Under the pieces are notes generated by a model. That model saw nothing but the letters and a program-made list of their open reading frames with translations. It was not told where the DNA came from and did not search any database. From Devosia sp. (GTDB lineage: Bacteria > Pseudomonadota > Alphaproteobacteria > Rhizobiales > Devosiaceae): a stretch of 64,000 bases of DNA. Positions within the stretch are counted from its first letter, which is position 1. Each line of letters starts with the position of its first letter. Position numbers and translations under genes: made by a program. The DNA lies in the NCBI GenBank assembly GCA_035998575.1, contig DASYHM010000024.1, positions 38,624 to 102,623 on the forward strand, read 5' to 3'. Below are positions 1 to 11,374 of the stretch, piece by piece.

Positions 1-2
1 AG

Positions 3-791
<789 letters not shown>

Positions 792-822
792 ACCACCAGC
801 CATCACCCCGCATCCTTAGTAG

Positions 823-853
823 CCCTCATGGTGAGCTTGTCGAACCACGAGGG
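823..853. repeat. REP-like palindromic repeat, family A (core GGTGAGCYTGTCGAACCA)
   Basis: CCCTCATGGTGAGCTTGTCGAACCACGAGGG hairpin; further copies at 8443-8557, 14626-14709, 61313-61361. Confidence 0.85.
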
Positions 854-908
854 CGTGCTACCGCAGAAGCCCCTTCCACCCCGTGCCGGAAAACGGTTAC
901 CTGTGCTC

Positions 909-1355
909 ATGGCCGACGTCCTGTTCTACCACCTCGAAGCCCGTCCCCTTGAAGCCGTCATCCCGCAATTGCTGGAAAAGACTCTCGAGCGGGGCTGGCG
1001 CGCCGTCGTCGCAGTCGGCTCCACCGAACGGGCCGAGGCGCTCGACGCCCATTTGTGGACGTACCGCGACGACAGCTTCCTGCCTCATGGCCTCGCCGGC
1101 GATGAAACCGACCCGCACCAGCCGGTCCTGATCACCACCGGCGACAACAACATGAACGGCGCCAATGTGCGGTTCTTCGTGGATCGCGCCGCTCCCGCCT
1201 CGACCGAGGGCTATGAGCGCGTCGTCTATATGTTTTCCGGCCACGATCCCGATGCGGTCGCCGAGGCGCGTTTAGCGTGGGCCGCGCTCAGGGGTAACAA
1301 TGCGCTAACCTATTGGCAGCAGGAAGCGGATGGCCGCTGGGTGAAAAAGGCATGA
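909..1355 (+). CDS. holC: DNA polymerase III chi subunit
   Basis: VLFYHL, LDAHLWTYRDDSFLPHG, LTYWQQ..GRW; follows pepA. Confidence 0.93.
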   Translation: MADVLFYHLEARPLEAVIPQLLEKTLERGWRAVVAVGSTERAEALDAHLWTYRDDSFLPHGLAGDETDPHQPVLITTGDNNMNGANVRFFVDRAAPASTEGYERVVYMFSGHDPDAVAEARLAWAALRGNNALTYWQQEADGRWVKKA

Positions 1356-1969
1356 CGACAGACCTCGCCGCGCCCAGCCGCCACCGGCTGCACGAGGATA
1401 TCTTCGCCATGCTGATCGGCACCATGCTGGTGTCGCTTGGTATCGTCTTTTACGCCCAGGTCACCCTCACCACCGGCAGTACGGCCGGATTAGCGCTGCT
1501 GCTCCAATACGTTACAGGAATTTCTTTCGGCTGGCTGTTCTTCGCCATCAACGTGCCATTCTATATCCTGGCGGTCCTGCGCATGGGTTGGCCCTTTGCC
1601 ATCAAGACCTTCGCCTGCGTCGGCATGGTCTCCTACTTCAGCGCCAGCATCCCGCAATGGCTGGACATTGCCCTCATCCACCCCCTCTACGCCGCCCTGG
1701 TCGGCGGCGGGCTGATGGGCCTGGGCATCCTCTCGCTGTTCCGCCACAAGGCGAGCGTTGGCGGCATCAACATCCTGGCGTTGTATTTGCAGGACAATTT
1801 CGGCATTCGCGCCGGCTACTTCCAGCTTGGCGTTGATGCGGTGATCCTTGTCGCCGCCTTCTTCGTGCTGCCCTTCGATCGGGTGATCTACTCGATCCTT
1901 GGCGCCATCGTGCTGAACCTGATCATCGCCACCAACCACAAGCCTGGCCGCTACGTCGGCTTCAGCTAA
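1352..1969 (+). CDS. YitT family membrane protein
   Basis: Hydrophobic; TGSTAGLALL, FRHKASVGG, NHKPGRY end; ATGA overlap with holC. Confidence 0.85.
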   Translation: MTTDLAAPSRHRLHEDIFAMLIGTMLVSLGIVFYAQVTLTTGSTAGLALLLQYVTGISFGWLFFAINVPFYILAVLRMGWPFAIKTFACVGMVSYFSASIPQWLDIALIHPLYAALVGGGLMGLGILSLFRHKASVGGINILALYLQDNFGIRAGYFQLGVDAVILVAAFFVLPFDRVIYSILGAIVLNLIIATNHKPGRYVGFS

Positions 1970-1973
1970 GCCG

Positions 1974-2816
1974 CTAGAACTTGGACTTCTTTTTCTTGCC
2001 CAGGCCCGAGCTCCCTGCTTCGAGCAGGCTCTCCCGGTAGAGCTCCATATAGTCCTGCATCAGTTCGTAGCAGAAGATCACTTCAAGGCGCTCCGGGTCG
2101 TAGAAGGCATTTGCCTCGTCGCAGCGCTGGGCATTGAACCGCACCGTACCGAGCACGCTGTAGTTGTTGCGCAACTCATCCGCCACCTGATCGAACACGC
2201 CGCTGGACCGGAAGGCATCGGCCGCCGCCGCCAACTGTCTGCCGGCATCGTGATAGGTCACGACGACATGCGTGCCGCGGCCCTTCTTGTTGTGGCGCAG
2301 CAGACTGTGGAAACCGCGCCTTACGGTGTCATAGTCGCCGTAGCAACTATCCTGCCGGTCCCGCTCCATGCGGTATTCGTTGGCGATCGGGCGAAACGCA
2401 GTCTCGTCCATGCCCACCATCAGGCAGACGATCTGGTAGGCGCGCTGCTTGTCGAGGCTGTGGCTGGCGGCATAGTCGCTTTCGACGCCGCCGCTGTCAT
2501 AGGCGACCCCGGACAGGATCCAGCCATGCGCCGCATCCGCCAACGCCCGGTCCGCATCGGGTGTTCGCTTGTTGAGCAACGTCCAGGTGGCCATGTTGTC
2601 CGCCGCGTCTTCCTCCCGACCCAGGATCGGCAGGTCGAGCTGGTCGAACAGCAGGTGCGCCACCTCGTGGTAGAGGACGAACAGGCTGTTATTGTAGGCA
2701 AACCGCCGCGCTTCTGCGTATTGCGCCTTGGTCAGGTCCTGTGCGTGTGCCAGCGCGGGCATCCAGGCGAAGCACATCAGCAGGGCGACGACGAACTTTG
2801 GACCAAGGCGACGCAT
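1974..2816 (-). CDS. Putative secreted metallopeptidase (DUF4344-like)
   Basis: Signal peptide, HEVAH zinc motif, GREEDAAD, CDEANAFYDP. Confidence 0.8.
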   Translation of the reverse strand: MRRLGPKFVVALLMCFAWMPALAHAQDLTKAQYAEARRFAYNNSLFVLYHEVAHLLFDQLDLPILGREEDAADNMATWTLLNKRTPDADRALADAAHGWILSGVAYDSGGVESDYAASHSLDKQRAYQIVCLMVGMDETAFRPIANEYRMERDRQDSCYGDYDTVRRGFHSLLRHNKKGRGTHVVVTYHDAGRQLAAAADAFRSSGVFDQVADELRNNYSVLGTVRFNAQRCDEANAFYDPERLEVIFCYELMQDYMELYRESLLEAGSSGLGKKKKSKF

Positions 2817-2889
2817 CGAGCACCTTCAATGTTTCGCCGGCAGCAGATGGCAACCCGGCGCCCCTGTCAACGATCCTCGGCGGAAGCGG

Positions 2890-3321
2890 TTAGCGCTTGG
2901 CGGGAGCCCAGTCCTTGGGGGCGAGCTCGAACCCGGAAAACCGAAACCCCGGCGCAACGGTACAGCCCACCAGCGTCCACGCCCCGGTACTCGTCGCCGC
3001 CTGCCATGCACCCGCCGGCACGACCATCTGCGGGCGCTGCCCCTCATCGAGCGCCGCCCCCAGCAGCAACTCCAGCACGTCCTGGCCATCCGAGATGCGC
3101 AATTTCATTGGTGCGCCGGCGTAATAGTGCCAGACCTCCACCGCATCCACCCGGTGCCAATGCGAGGCGTCCCCCGCCTCGAGCAGATAATAGATCGCCG
3201 TCGAGCGGGAACGGCCGTTCGACCGCCCGCTGTCCTCGAACGTCTGCCGATACCAGCCACCCTCGGGATGCCGCTCCATGCCCAGCGTGGCGATGACGTC
3301 CTGCGCAGTAAGGGTGCTCAC
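2890..3321 (-). CDS. Cupin_5 (DUF985) protein
   Basis: HPEGGWY, TAIYYLL, SHWHRV, EVWHYY, CTVAPGF. Confidence 0.9.
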   Translation of the reverse strand: MSTLTAQDVIATLGMERHPEGGWYRQTFEDSGRSNGRSRSTAIYYLLEAGDASHWHRVDAVEVWHYYAGAPMKLRISDGQDVLELLLGAALDEGQRPQMVVPAGAWQAATSTGAWTLVGCTVAPGFRFSGFELAPKDWAPAKR

Positions 3322-5189
3322 GCCCGCTCCACCTGTTCAAGCTCGGCGCTCAGTGCCAGCCAGGCCTCTTCGCTGCTTTCAAGCTCGGCGGCAAAGCGCG
3401 CCTTGTCCTTGCCCAGCGCGATCACCCGCTCGGGAGAGCCATTGTAGACCTTGGGGTCTTCGAGCAGCGCGTCGATCTTGCCGATTTCGACCTTGAGGCG
3501 GGCAATCTTGGTTTCCGCGTCCTTGATGCCATTCTTGATCGGGGCGATCTCGGCTCGGCGCGCGGCTGCCTCGGCCTTGTCGGCCTTGCGCTCTGCCTTA
3601 GAGCCACCGCCGCCGCCCTTGCCCTCCTTGGTCGAGGTGATGCTGCGCTGGTAGCTGTCGAGGTCCTCGTCCAGCTCGCGGATGGTGCCCCCCTCGGCGA
3701 TCCAGAGCGTATCGCAGGTCGCTTCGATGAGGTGGCGGTCGTGGCTGATGATCAGCACCGCCCCTTCATAGTCGTTGAGCGCATGCACCAGCGCATCGCG
3801 GCTGTCGATGTCGAGATGGTTGGTCGGCTCGTCGAGGATCATCATCCCCGGTCCCCCGAAGGTGATCAGCCCCATCAGCAGCCGCGCACGCTCCCCGCCC
3901 GACAGGTTCTTGGCCTTGGTGTCCATGCGCGACTTGGTCAGGCCCATCTGGCTCAGTCGCGAGCGCCGCCGGGATTCGCTCTCCGTCGGCATCATGTCGA
4001 CCACATGCTCGAACGGGGTCCATTCTGGCTTGAGCTTGTCCATCTGGTGCTGGGCGAAATGGGCGATCTCGAGCTTCTTGCCCTTGCGCAACTGCCCGCC
4101 CATCGGCGCAATATCGCCCGCCAGGAGCTTGGCGAAGGTCGACTTGCCATTGCCGTTGACCCCGATCAGCGCGATGCGGTCATCGGGATCGATCCGCATG
4201 TTGATGTTGCGCAGGATCGTCTTGTCGCCATAGCCGGCCGCCACGCCGTCGAGCGTCAGCATCGGGGTTGCCGCCTCGGCCTTTGGTTGCGGGAAGGTGA
4301 ATGGCGCCGCATATTCGTCGAACATCGCCGCGGGCGGCTTGAGCTTTTCAATCATCTTCATGCGCGACTGGGCCTGCTTGGCCTTGGTTGCCTTGGCCCG
4401 GAAGCGGTCGACGAACTTTTGCAGGTGCGCCACCTGGTCCAGCGCCTTGTCGCGGCTCTTGTTGTTGAGCTCCATCTGCATGCGGCGCGTTGTTTCGAAC
4501 GTGTCGTAGTTGCCCTTGTAAAAGGTGAGCTTGCGGTGCTCGAGATGGATGATCGAGTTGACCGACTTGTTGAGCAGATCGCGATCGTGGCTGATCATGA
4601 AGACGGTATAGGGATAGGTCGCCAGATACTTCTCCAGCCACAGCGTGCCTTCGAGGTCGAGATAGTTCGTCGGCTCGTCCAGCAGCAGCAGGTCGGGCTG
4701 GCTGAACAGCACCGCCGCCAGCGCCACGCGCATGCGCCATCCGCCCGACAGCTCGTGCGTTGGCCCCAGCTGCCGCTCCTGCTCGAAACCGAGCCCCTTC
4801 AGAATTGACGAGGCCCGCCCCTCGGCCGAGTAGGCGTCGATATCGGCCAGCCGGGTATAGATCTCGCTGATCCGGTGCGGATCGGTCGCCGTCTCCGACT
4901 CCGCCATCAACGCAGTGCGCTCCTTGTCGGCGGCCAGTACCACGTCCAGCACGCTTTCGTTGCCGGCGGGCGCTTCCTGCGCCACCGCCCCGATCCGCGC
5001 CTTCTTGTCCAGTTCCATCGAACCGGCATCGGCGCTGATGTGCCCCTGGATCAGGTGGAACAGCGTGGTCTTGCCGGTGCCGTTCTTGCCCACGAAGCCG
5101 GTCTTGGAGCCCGTCGGCAGCACCACCGACGCGTCCTCGAACAGCTCCCGGCCCTGGATGCGATAGGTGAGGTTGTTGATCGTCAGCAT
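3318..5189 (-). CDS. ABC-F family ATP-binding protein
   Basis: Two ABC cassettes (GKNGTGKT/LSGG/LDEPTN and GVNGNGKS/LSGG/LDEPTN), no TM segments, C-terminal coiled coil. Confidence 0.93.
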   Translation of the reverse strand: MLTINNLTYRIQGRELFEDASVVLPTGSKTGFVGKNGTGKTTLFHLIQGHISADAGSMELDKKARIGAVAQEAPAGNESVLDVVLAADKERTALMAESETATDPHRISEIYTRLADIDAYSAEGRASSILKGLGFEQERQLGPTHELSGGWRMRVALAAVLFSQPDLLLLDEPTNYLDLEGTLWLEKYLATYPYTVFMISHDRDLLNKSVNSIIHLEHRKLTFYKGNYDTFETTRRMQMELNNKSRDKALDQVAHLQKFVDRFRAKATKAKQAQSRMKMIEKLKPPAAMFDEYAAPFTFPQPKAEAATPMLTLDGVAAGYGDKTILRNINMRIDPDDRIALIGVNGNGKSTFAKLLAGDIAPMGGQLRKGKKLEIAHFAQHQMDKLKPEWTPFEHVVDMMPTESESRRRSRLSQMGLTKSRMDTKAKNLSGGERARLLMGLITFGGPGMMILDEPTNHLDIDSRDALVHALNDYEGAVLIISHDRHLIEATCDTLWIAEGGTIRELDEDLDSYQRSITSTKEGKGGGGGSKAERKADKAEAAARRAEIAPIKNGIKDAETKIARLKVEIGKIDALLEDPKVYNGSPERVIALGKDKARFAAELESSEEAWLALSAELEQVERA

Positions 5190-5371
5190 GATACGGCAAT
5201 CTTTTGGAAAGGGCAGGGTGCCTTGACTGGTGGCGCCAGTGGAACAACAACCTGCGACAGGTGTTTGCCGTTGGATAAAGTCAAGCAGACCTTATGGCAA
5301 CCGGCTTTCCCGCGATGGCAGCATCCCTCCCGCTGCATCGGACGTTTCCCGGGGCTGGTATGGAGATTTCA

Positions 5372-5767
5372 ATGATGCTGGTCCGTTCCGCAGTCCTGGC
5401 CATGATTTTCAGCACGTCGGCCCTTGCCCAGGCCCAGCCTGGCTTTAGCCAGCTCACCGCCTGCCGTGTCGATACCGAGCGCGTTCTTCTCAACGCCTTC
5501 TTCGACGGCGGCGCCTGTCAGGCCGTTGAGCCTGTGGACATCGGGGAGCGCGCTGGCACGACGCTGGCCGTAGCCATACCAACCAGCTCTACCGCCGAGG
5601 TCTGCACCATGCAGATCGTGCCCGTCGAGACCATGCAGGTCCTCGAGGTGCCGCGCGCCGTGACTAGTCTCGATGTGTCTGCCCTCGACCCGCACGGCAA
5701 CCAGATCGCCCACGGCATCACCGAGGTGGACGAGGCAGGGCCGGCCTGCATGGCGACGAAGGGCTGA
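5372..5767 (+). CDS. Secreted hypothetical protein
   Basis: GGAG RBS, signal peptide ending ALA-QA, four Cys. Confidence 0.65.
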   Translation: MMLVRSAVLAMIFSTSALAQAQPGFSQLTACRVDTERVLLNAFFDGGACQAVEPVDIGERAGTTLAVAIPTSSTAEVCTMQIVPVETMQVLEVPRAVTSLDVSALDPHGNQIAHGITEVDEAGPACMATKG

Positions 5768-5843
5768 TGGGGCGTCTTGCCTCCGTCAAACTCTGAGGCT
5801 ACAAGGCGCCACCTTCCAACAGACCCATTCAAGGATCGACCCA

Positions 5844-6266
5844 ATGGCGCTCGAACGCACCTTCTCCATCATCAAGCCCGACGCCGTCCGCCGCAATCTC
5901 ATCGGCAAGATCATCGCCAAGTTCGAGGAAGCCGGTCTGCGCCCGATCGCCCTCAAGAAGATCCACATGACCCGTGCCCAGGCCGAGGGCTTCTACGCAG
6001 TGCACAAGGAACGTTCGTTCTTTGGCGAACTGGTCGAGCAGATGATTGCCTCGCCCGTCGTCGTGCAGGTGCTCGAAGGCGAAGGCGCCATCCTCAAGAA
6101 CCGCGAAGTCATGGGCGCCACCAATCCCGAGAACGCTGCCGAAGGCACCATCCGCAAGGAATTCGCCCTGTCGATCGGCGAAAACTCCGTGCACGGGTCG
6201 GACGCTCCGGAAACCGCTGCCCAGGAAATCAAGTATTTCTTCAACGACGACGAACTGGTCGGCTGA
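5844..6266 (+). CDS. ndk: Nucleoside diphosphate kinase
   Basis: [18 protein letters not shown] catalytic His. Confidence 0.98.
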   Translation: MALERTFSIIKPDAVRRNLIGKIIAKFEEAGLRPIALKKIHMTRAQAEGFYAVHKERSFFGELVEQMIASPVVVQVLEGEGAILKNREVMGATNPENAAEGTIRKEFALSIGENSVHGSDAPETAAQEIKYFFNDDELVG

Positions 6267-6324
6267 CCTTCTGTTCCTCTCCCCGAGGGGGAGAGAGAAT
6301 GGTAATTCCCGCCACTTGATTTGG

Positions 6325-6354
6325 CAGGCCGCCCGCCGGGCGGCCTTTTGCTTT
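6325..6354 (+). terminator. Intrinsic terminator after ndk
   Basis: AGGCCGCCC-GCC-GGGCGGCCT stem then T-rich tail. Confidence 0.7.
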
Positions 6355-6386
6355 GCTTGTGCTATGGTGTGTCCAACCATCACAGC

Positions 6387-6410
6387 GTCATTCCCGCGAA
6401 AGCAGGAATC
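6387..6410. repeat. Palindromic repeat family B (GTCATTCCSGCGAARGCNGGAATC)
   Basis: Similar copies at 15593-15618 and 62628-62653. Confidence 0.75.
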
Positions 6411-6473
6411 TCCCTTACCGGCCGCCCCCTCGCGGCATGACGCCAATGTTTGGCGGCGTCCAGAAAGCCAAGA

Positions 6474-8429
6474 ATGTCCCTGCCTGAAACCATCCTGCCT
6501 CCGCTCGCCCGTGCCCTTGCTGCCAAGGGCTACGATACCCTCACGCCGGTCCAGTCCGCCATCATTGAGGACGAGACCGAAGGCCGCGACCTGCTCGTCT
6601 CGGCCCAGACCGGTTCGGGCAAGACCGTCGCCTTCGGCATGGCCATAGCGCCCACGCTCCTCGGCGACGTCGAACGCTTCACCGAAACCGGGGCGCCGCT
6701 GGCGCTGCTGATCGCGCCGACCCGCGAACTGGCCCTGCAGGTGCAGCGCGAACTCGAATGGCTCTATGCCGAGACCGGCGCGCGCACCGCATCCTGCGTC
6801 GGCGGCATGGACGCGCGTGCCGAGCGCCGTGCGCTCGAACGCGGCGCCCACATCGTCGTCGGCACGCCCGGTCGCCTGCGCGATCACATTACCCGCGGGG
6901 CCCTCGACATGTCGGCCTTGCGCGCCGTCGTCCTCGACGAAGCCGACGAGATGCTCGATCTAGGCTTCCGCGAAGATCTCGAATTCATCCTCGACGCCGC
7001 TCCCGAAGACCGCCGTACGCTGCTCTTTTCGGCCACCGTGCCCAAGCCGATCGCCCAGCTGGCCAAGACCTTCCAGCGCGACGCCCTGCGCGTTGCCGCC
7101 ACCAGCGCCACCGAGCAGCATGCCGATATCGACTACAAGCTGATGCTGGTCCCCGCCGCGGAGCGTGAAAACGCCATCATCAACACGCTGCTCTATTTCG
7201 AGGCGGTCAACACCATCGTCTTCGCCTCGACGCGCGAGGGCGTGAAGCACCTCTCGTCCCGCCTGCACAATCGCGGCTTCGATGTCGTGACCCTCTCAGG
7301 TGAACTCTCCCAGGCCGAGCGCACCAACGCGCTGCAGTCGATGCGCGACGGCCGCGCCCGCATCTGCGTTGCCACCGACGTGGCCGCCCGCGGCATCGAT
7401 CTGCCCAATCTCGACCTCGTCATCCACGCCGACCTGCCGACCAATCCGGACACGCTGCTGCACCGCTCCGGCCGCACCGGGCGGGCCGGCCGCAAGGGCA
7501 CCTGCGTCATCATCGCCCCGATGCACCGCCGCAACGTCGCCCAGCGCGTCCTCAAGACGGCCAAGCTCGATGTCACGATGATGCCGCCGCCCTCAGCCGA
7601 GGAGATCGAGGCCCGCTACCGCGAGAGCATTCTGTCGAGCGACATGCTGAACAAGCCGGTCGCCGAGGAAGAGGCTGATTTCGTCGCCCAGCTGATGGCC
7701 CGCCATGCGCCCGAAGCGATTGCGGCCGCCTATCTGCGCCAGCAGCTCGCCGCCCGTCCGGCGCCCGAGGATGTTTCGGACGCTCCCGTCTTCGACAAGC
7801 CTGGCGACAAGGACCCCCGGACCCGCGAACGCTTCGAGGGCGGCACCTGGTTCAAGGTCAGTGTCGGCCGCAAGCACAAGGCCGAGCCGCGCTGGCTGCT
7901 GCCCATGCTGTGCAAGGCGGGCAACGTCACCAAGACCGCGATCGGCTCGATCCGCATCTTCGATACCGAATCCATCTTCGAGGTTGCCGCGCAGAAAGCC
8001 GATGCTTTCGCCAGGTCGATCGAGAAGAACGGTTCGGGCGAGCGTGGCGTGACCATTGCGCCGGTCGATGGTCCCGGCGAAGGTCGTTCCGGACCACCGC
8101 CATCGCAGCGTCGCCCGCCTGGTCCGGTCGAGCGCTTCGATCCCAACGCGCCACGCCCCGAACGCGCCGACCGCAAGGCCCGCTACGGCTCGGGCGGCTT
8201 GCGCCCCGACGATCTGGCGGCCACGCCGGCCACTGGCGGCTGGAATCCCGCGGAATCCGAGATGCCGGCCAGGCCGCGCCCCGACTTCGACAAGCCGCGC
8301 CCGCCCAAGGTCGCCAAGGCACCGCCGAACAAGGACAAGGGCAAGCCCAAATGGGCCGGCAAGGTCGCCGACAAGTCCTCCAAGCCACCAAAGAAAGACC
8401 ACAAGCCCAAGCGCAAGCCGCAGGTCTAA
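6474..8429 (+). CDS. DEAD-box RNA helicase with DbpA-type RNA-binding domain and basic tail
   Basis: AQTGSGKT, PTRELA, TPGR, DEAD, SAT, ARGID, HRSGRTGRAG. Confidence 0.95.
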   Translation: MSLPETILPPLARALAAKGYDTLTPVQSAIIEDETEGRDLLVSAQTGSGKTVAFGMAIAPTLLGDVERFTETGAPLALLIAPTRELALQVQRELEWLYAETGARTASCVGGMDARAERRALERGAHIVVGTPGRLRDHITRGALDMSALRAVVLDEADEMLDLGFREDLEFILDAAPEDRRTLLFSATVPKPIAQLAKTFQRDALRVAATSATEQHADIDYKLMLVPAAERENAIINTLLYFEAVNTIVFASTREGVKHLSSRLHNRGFDVVTLSGELSQAERTNALQSMRDGRARICVATDVAARGIDLPNLDLVIHADLPTNPDTLLHRSGRTGRAGRKGTCVIIAPMHRRNVAQRVLKTAKLDVTMMPPPSAEEIEARYRESILSSDMLNKPVAEEEADFVAQLMARHAPEAIAAAYLRQQLAARPAPEDVSDAPVFDKPGDKDPRTRERFEGGTWFKVSVGRKHKAEPRWLLPMLCKAGNVTKTAIGSIRIFDTESIFEVAAQKADAFARSIEKNGSGERGVTIAPVDGPGEGRSGPPPSQRRPPGPVERFDPNAPRPERADRKARYGSGGLRPDDLAATPATGGWNPAESEMPARPRPDFDKPRPPKVAKAPPNKDKGKPKWAGKVADKSSKPPKKDHKPKRKPQV

Positions 8430-8442
8430 CGGAACTTGTGCA

Positions 8443-8557
8443 GACCTCGTCCTTAGACAGGCTCGGATGAGGTCGCCCCGGCATCCGGAGATCCAATGGT
8501 GAGCTTGTCGAACCATCAATCCTGTGAGACCTCGTGGTGAGCCTGTCGAACCACGAG
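8443..8557. repeat. Cluster of three family A repeats (one inverted, two direct)
   Basis: 8443-8474 inverted and degenerate; 8496-8516 and 8531-8557 direct. Confidence 0.85.
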
Positions 8558-8574
8558 ATCGGGCACCTGGAGCT

Positions 8575-9387
8575 ATGACGATGACAGACCTGCCCACCAT
8601 CTTCAGCTTCTGGCACGGGCCGATGAGTTGGCTCGAGGCCCTCTCCATCGCCTCGTTCAGCCGCCGCGGCCACCCGGTGGAGGTCTATTCCTTCGAGCCT
8701 ATTCCCGGCCTGCCCGACGGGGCCATTGCGCGCGACGCCGCGGAGGTGCTGCCGCGCGAGCGGTTGATGTTCTACAAGGGGAGGGGGACGCCCGGCGTCT
8801 TTTCGGACCTTTTCCGCCTGACCGGCCTGCGCCAGGGCCGCGGCATCTATGCAGACCTTGATGTCTATTGTGTTCGCCCTATTGCCGGCCCGCCCGACTT
8901 CCTGATGGCCTATGAGCGCCCCGGCTCGGTCAATGGCGCGGTTCTGCACATCCCGTCAGATGCAGCTTTGCTCGATGACCTGCTGGGCATTTTCGACCCC
9001 CTCCGGCGCCCGCTCTTCGAGCCGCATCTGCCGATCTTCCGCCGTCTGGAGGTTGCTGCCCAGCGCCTCGTCGGACGACGGGTCACGCCAGAATTCATGC
9101 AATATGGTGCCACCGGCCCCATGGCCCTGACCTACTATGTCGGGCGGCGCGGCCTGTCCGAGCATGTCTTGCCCGCTTCGGCTTTCTATCCCATCCCCTA
9201 TGAAGGCATCCCCGCGCTCATGCAGCCCGGATCCAGTGTCGACGCCGCCGTCCGGCCAGATACCCTCGCGATTCACCTCTGGCGCAGCCAACTCACCCGT
9301 CGGGGCAGGGCTGATCTGCCGCTGCCCCCGCCGAGCAGTGCGCTGGCGGACCTCTGCGCCCGCGAAGGCATGCTCTTGCCGGCATGA
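8575..9387 (+). CDS. DXD-motif glycosyltransferase-like protein
   Basis: FSFWHG, FSDLFR, IYADLDVYC, GPMALT, FYPIPY, AIHLW; resembles the GT32/alpha-1,4-GT fold. Confidence 0.7.
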   Translation: MTMTDLPTIFSFWHGPMSWLEALSIASFSRRGHPVEVYSFEPIPGLPDGAIARDAAEVLPRERLMFYKGRGTPGVFSDLFRLTGLRQGRGIYADLDVYCVRPIAGPPDFLMAYERPGSVNGAVLHIPSDAALLDDLLGIFDPLRRPLFEPHLPIFRRLEVAAQRLVGRRVTPEFMQYGATGPMALTYYVGRRGLSEHVLPASAFYPIPYEGIPALMQPGSSVDAAVRPDTLAIHLWRSQLTRRGRADLPLPPPSSALADLCAREGMLLPA

Positions 9388-9786
9388 TCAGCCGCGGCGC
9401 TTCTTGGCCGCGTGATAGGTCAATGCCAGCGCGATCATGTGCTCCAGCACGGCCTCGTCCGGCTGCTCGCCGATCACCACGCCGCGCGCGCCGTCATAGG
9501 TGAAGGCGTCGGTATAAAGCGTGCGATAGCGCTCGACGAGGTTGGTCTGGCAATTGACGTAGAACGCCGGCTGCCCCGTCCGCTTGTCGCGTCCGATGCG
9601 CACCGTAGTGCCGCTCCCGCTGGCGCTGGTGAGATAGCTCGCCTCCCCCCACTTGAGCGTCTCCTCGATCGGTCCGACGCCAGGTGTCTTGGCCGCTGTC
9701 TTGAGGATCAGCGCGCGCAGCCATATCAGTCGTTCGCGGACCGGCGCGGGATAGCTATGCAGCACGGCGGCGACGGATGCGTCCAT
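9388..9786 (-). CDS. DUF1801-like protein
   Basis: LRALI..A, EETLKWGEASY, CQTNLV, IALALTYH. Confidence 0.8.
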   Translation of the reverse strand: MDASVAAVLHSYPAPVRERLIWLRALILKTAAKTPGVGPIEETLKWGEASYLTSASGSGTTVRIGRDKRTGQPAFYVNCQTNLVERYRTLYTDAFTYDGARGVVIGEQPDEAVLEHMIALALTYHAAKKRRG

Positions 9787-10992
9787 TCAAGGCCCCTGTT
9801 CGACAGGAGTATACCGCAGCAGCCTCAGGTTGCCCGCCAGCATCACCAGCCCACCGAGTGCGGCAATCCCTGCTGCCGCCAGCAGCACCTGCTGATAGTC
9901 GCCACCCGCGCCCAGCACGCCGAACACCGCTGCGCCGGCCAGCGTCGCGCCGATCGAAACCACGTCCATCAGCGACGTCGACAGCCCCACCCGCCCCTTG
10001 ATTGCATCCTGCATGTAGCTGATGGGCACCGACATCAGCGCAGCGGTGGCAATACCGTTGATCGCCTGCAGCCAGAACACCTCGGCCACCGATCCGGCGC
10101 GCGACACCAGGAACACATAGACCGCGAAGAGCAGCGCATTACCCACGATGATCGCCTCGCGCGAGACCCGGCCGAGCAGATAGCCCCACATCAGCATGAA
10201 GGGAATTTCCGTCGCCGCCGCAATACCGGCATAAAGCCCGACATCGGCCAGCGTGCCGCCCAGCCGCGTCACGATGGAGAGCGGCATGCAAAGCCCCACC
10301 AGCCGCGCGGCGATATTCACGATCAGGATGCCGGCCAGGCCCGACAGGATTGGCGCCGGCAGGCCGCGCCGGCTTCCGGCCGGCGGCTTGACGATGGGTG
10401 CCGAGGCGATATGCGTCGCCGGATCGCGCATCATGAGCGCGAAGATGACCCCGCACGCGCCATAGGCAATTGCCGCCACCAGGTAGACGTCGAAAACCGA
10501 GTAGGTCGCCGCCACGTAGCCCACCGCCGGCGGCACCACGACCCAGGCGACGGTGAAGACTGTACGCAGCGCCGAGACCATGAACTGGGAGCGTTCTGGC
10601 GCCTTTTCATTGTAGTAGACTCGGACGAAGGCGAAGTTCTGCGAGAACATCGCCAGTCCGAACGGCATGATCAAACCCATGCTCAGCGCAAAGGCCCAAG
10701 GCGCGCGGATGGCATAGATCATCCCGAACCCGACGAACCCGGCGGTGGCCGCCACCAGGATCAGGATGCGCCGGTCATGCAGGCGGTCCGACAAGTAGCC
10801 AATCAGCAGCGACACTACCGCGCCCGGTATCGAGCTCGCCGAGAGCAGCAACGCGAACTGGGTGCTCGAAATGCCCAGCGTCTCGATACCGACAATGGCT
10901 GCATAGGGGGCGGTGCTGGCAAAGGTGACGCCCGAGCAGAACATGCTCGCGCCCAGCATCGCCGTCACCGGCAGGCTCCTTGCTTTGGCCAT
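9787..10992 (-). CDS. MFS transporter (sugar-efflux SET-like)
   Basis: About 12 hydrophobic segments, GYLSDRLHDRR motif A, ISYMQD. Confidence 0.88.
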   Translation of the reverse strand: MAKARSLPVTAMLGASMFCSGVTFASTAPYAAIVGIETLGISSTQFALLLSASSIPGAVVSLLIGYLSDRLHDRRILILVAATAGFVGFGMIYAIRAPWAFALSMGLIMPFGLAMFSQNFAFVRVYYNEKAPERSQFMVSALRTVFTVAWVVVPPAVGYVAATYSVFDVYLVAAIAYGACGVIFALMMRDPATHIASAPIVKPPAGSRRGLPAPILSGLAGILIVNIAARLVGLCMPLSIVTRLGGTLADVGLYAGIAAATEIPFMLMWGYLLGRVSREAIIVGNALLFAVYVFLVSRAGSVAEVFWLQAINGIATAALMSVPISYMQDAIKGRVGLSTSLMDVVSIGATLAGAAVFGVLGAGGDYQQVLLAAAGIAALGGLVMLAGNLRLLRYTPVEQGP

Positions 10993-11086
10993 GCTTCCCC
11001 CCGCTCGCCAACTGCTTACGGTCTGGCCGCGAGTCGGTCCAGTCAGGTCGAGCGCAGGAGCGGCCGCTGGCGCACCGGCACTCCGA

Positions 11087-11374
11087 TCATCCGTCCTCCC
11101 AGTCGCGCAATTCGCCCCACTCGGGCTGCCAGTCCAGGCCCGGCTCCAGTTCCACCGTTACCGGCAGGCTGGCCCGCTCGCTCAGATGGAGGGCATAGGG
11201 CAGGGCATCCGCCACCATTTCCGGCCGCGACGGCGTCGGTGAAAAGACGCGAAGTCCGGGTTCCGGTGCCGGCCAGCTGACCACGCATGACAGGCCGTGC
11301 GGCAATGCAAACACCCGCACGAGGATACTGCCGGCGGGATTATCCTCCCGCCGGCCACGATAAAATACCGGCAT
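11087..11374 (-). CDS. Hypothetical protein
   Basis: GAGG RBS, fills the intergenic gap, protein-like composition. Confidence 0.55.
   Translation of the reverse strand: MPVFYRGRREDNPAGSILVRVFALPHGLSCVVSWPAPEPGLRVFSPTPSRPEMVADALPYALHLSERASLPVTVELEPGLDWQPEWGELRDWEDG

Noticed and set aside
5241..5265. GGAAC-N16-TGTT above the secreted protein at 5372
   Set aside because: Imperfect -10, over 100 nt from the start and overlapping the divergent ABC-F promoter region; not counted.
8443..8557. Possible mini CRISPR array
   Set aside because: Mixed orientation, short uneven spacers, dispersed copies elsewhere and no cas genes.
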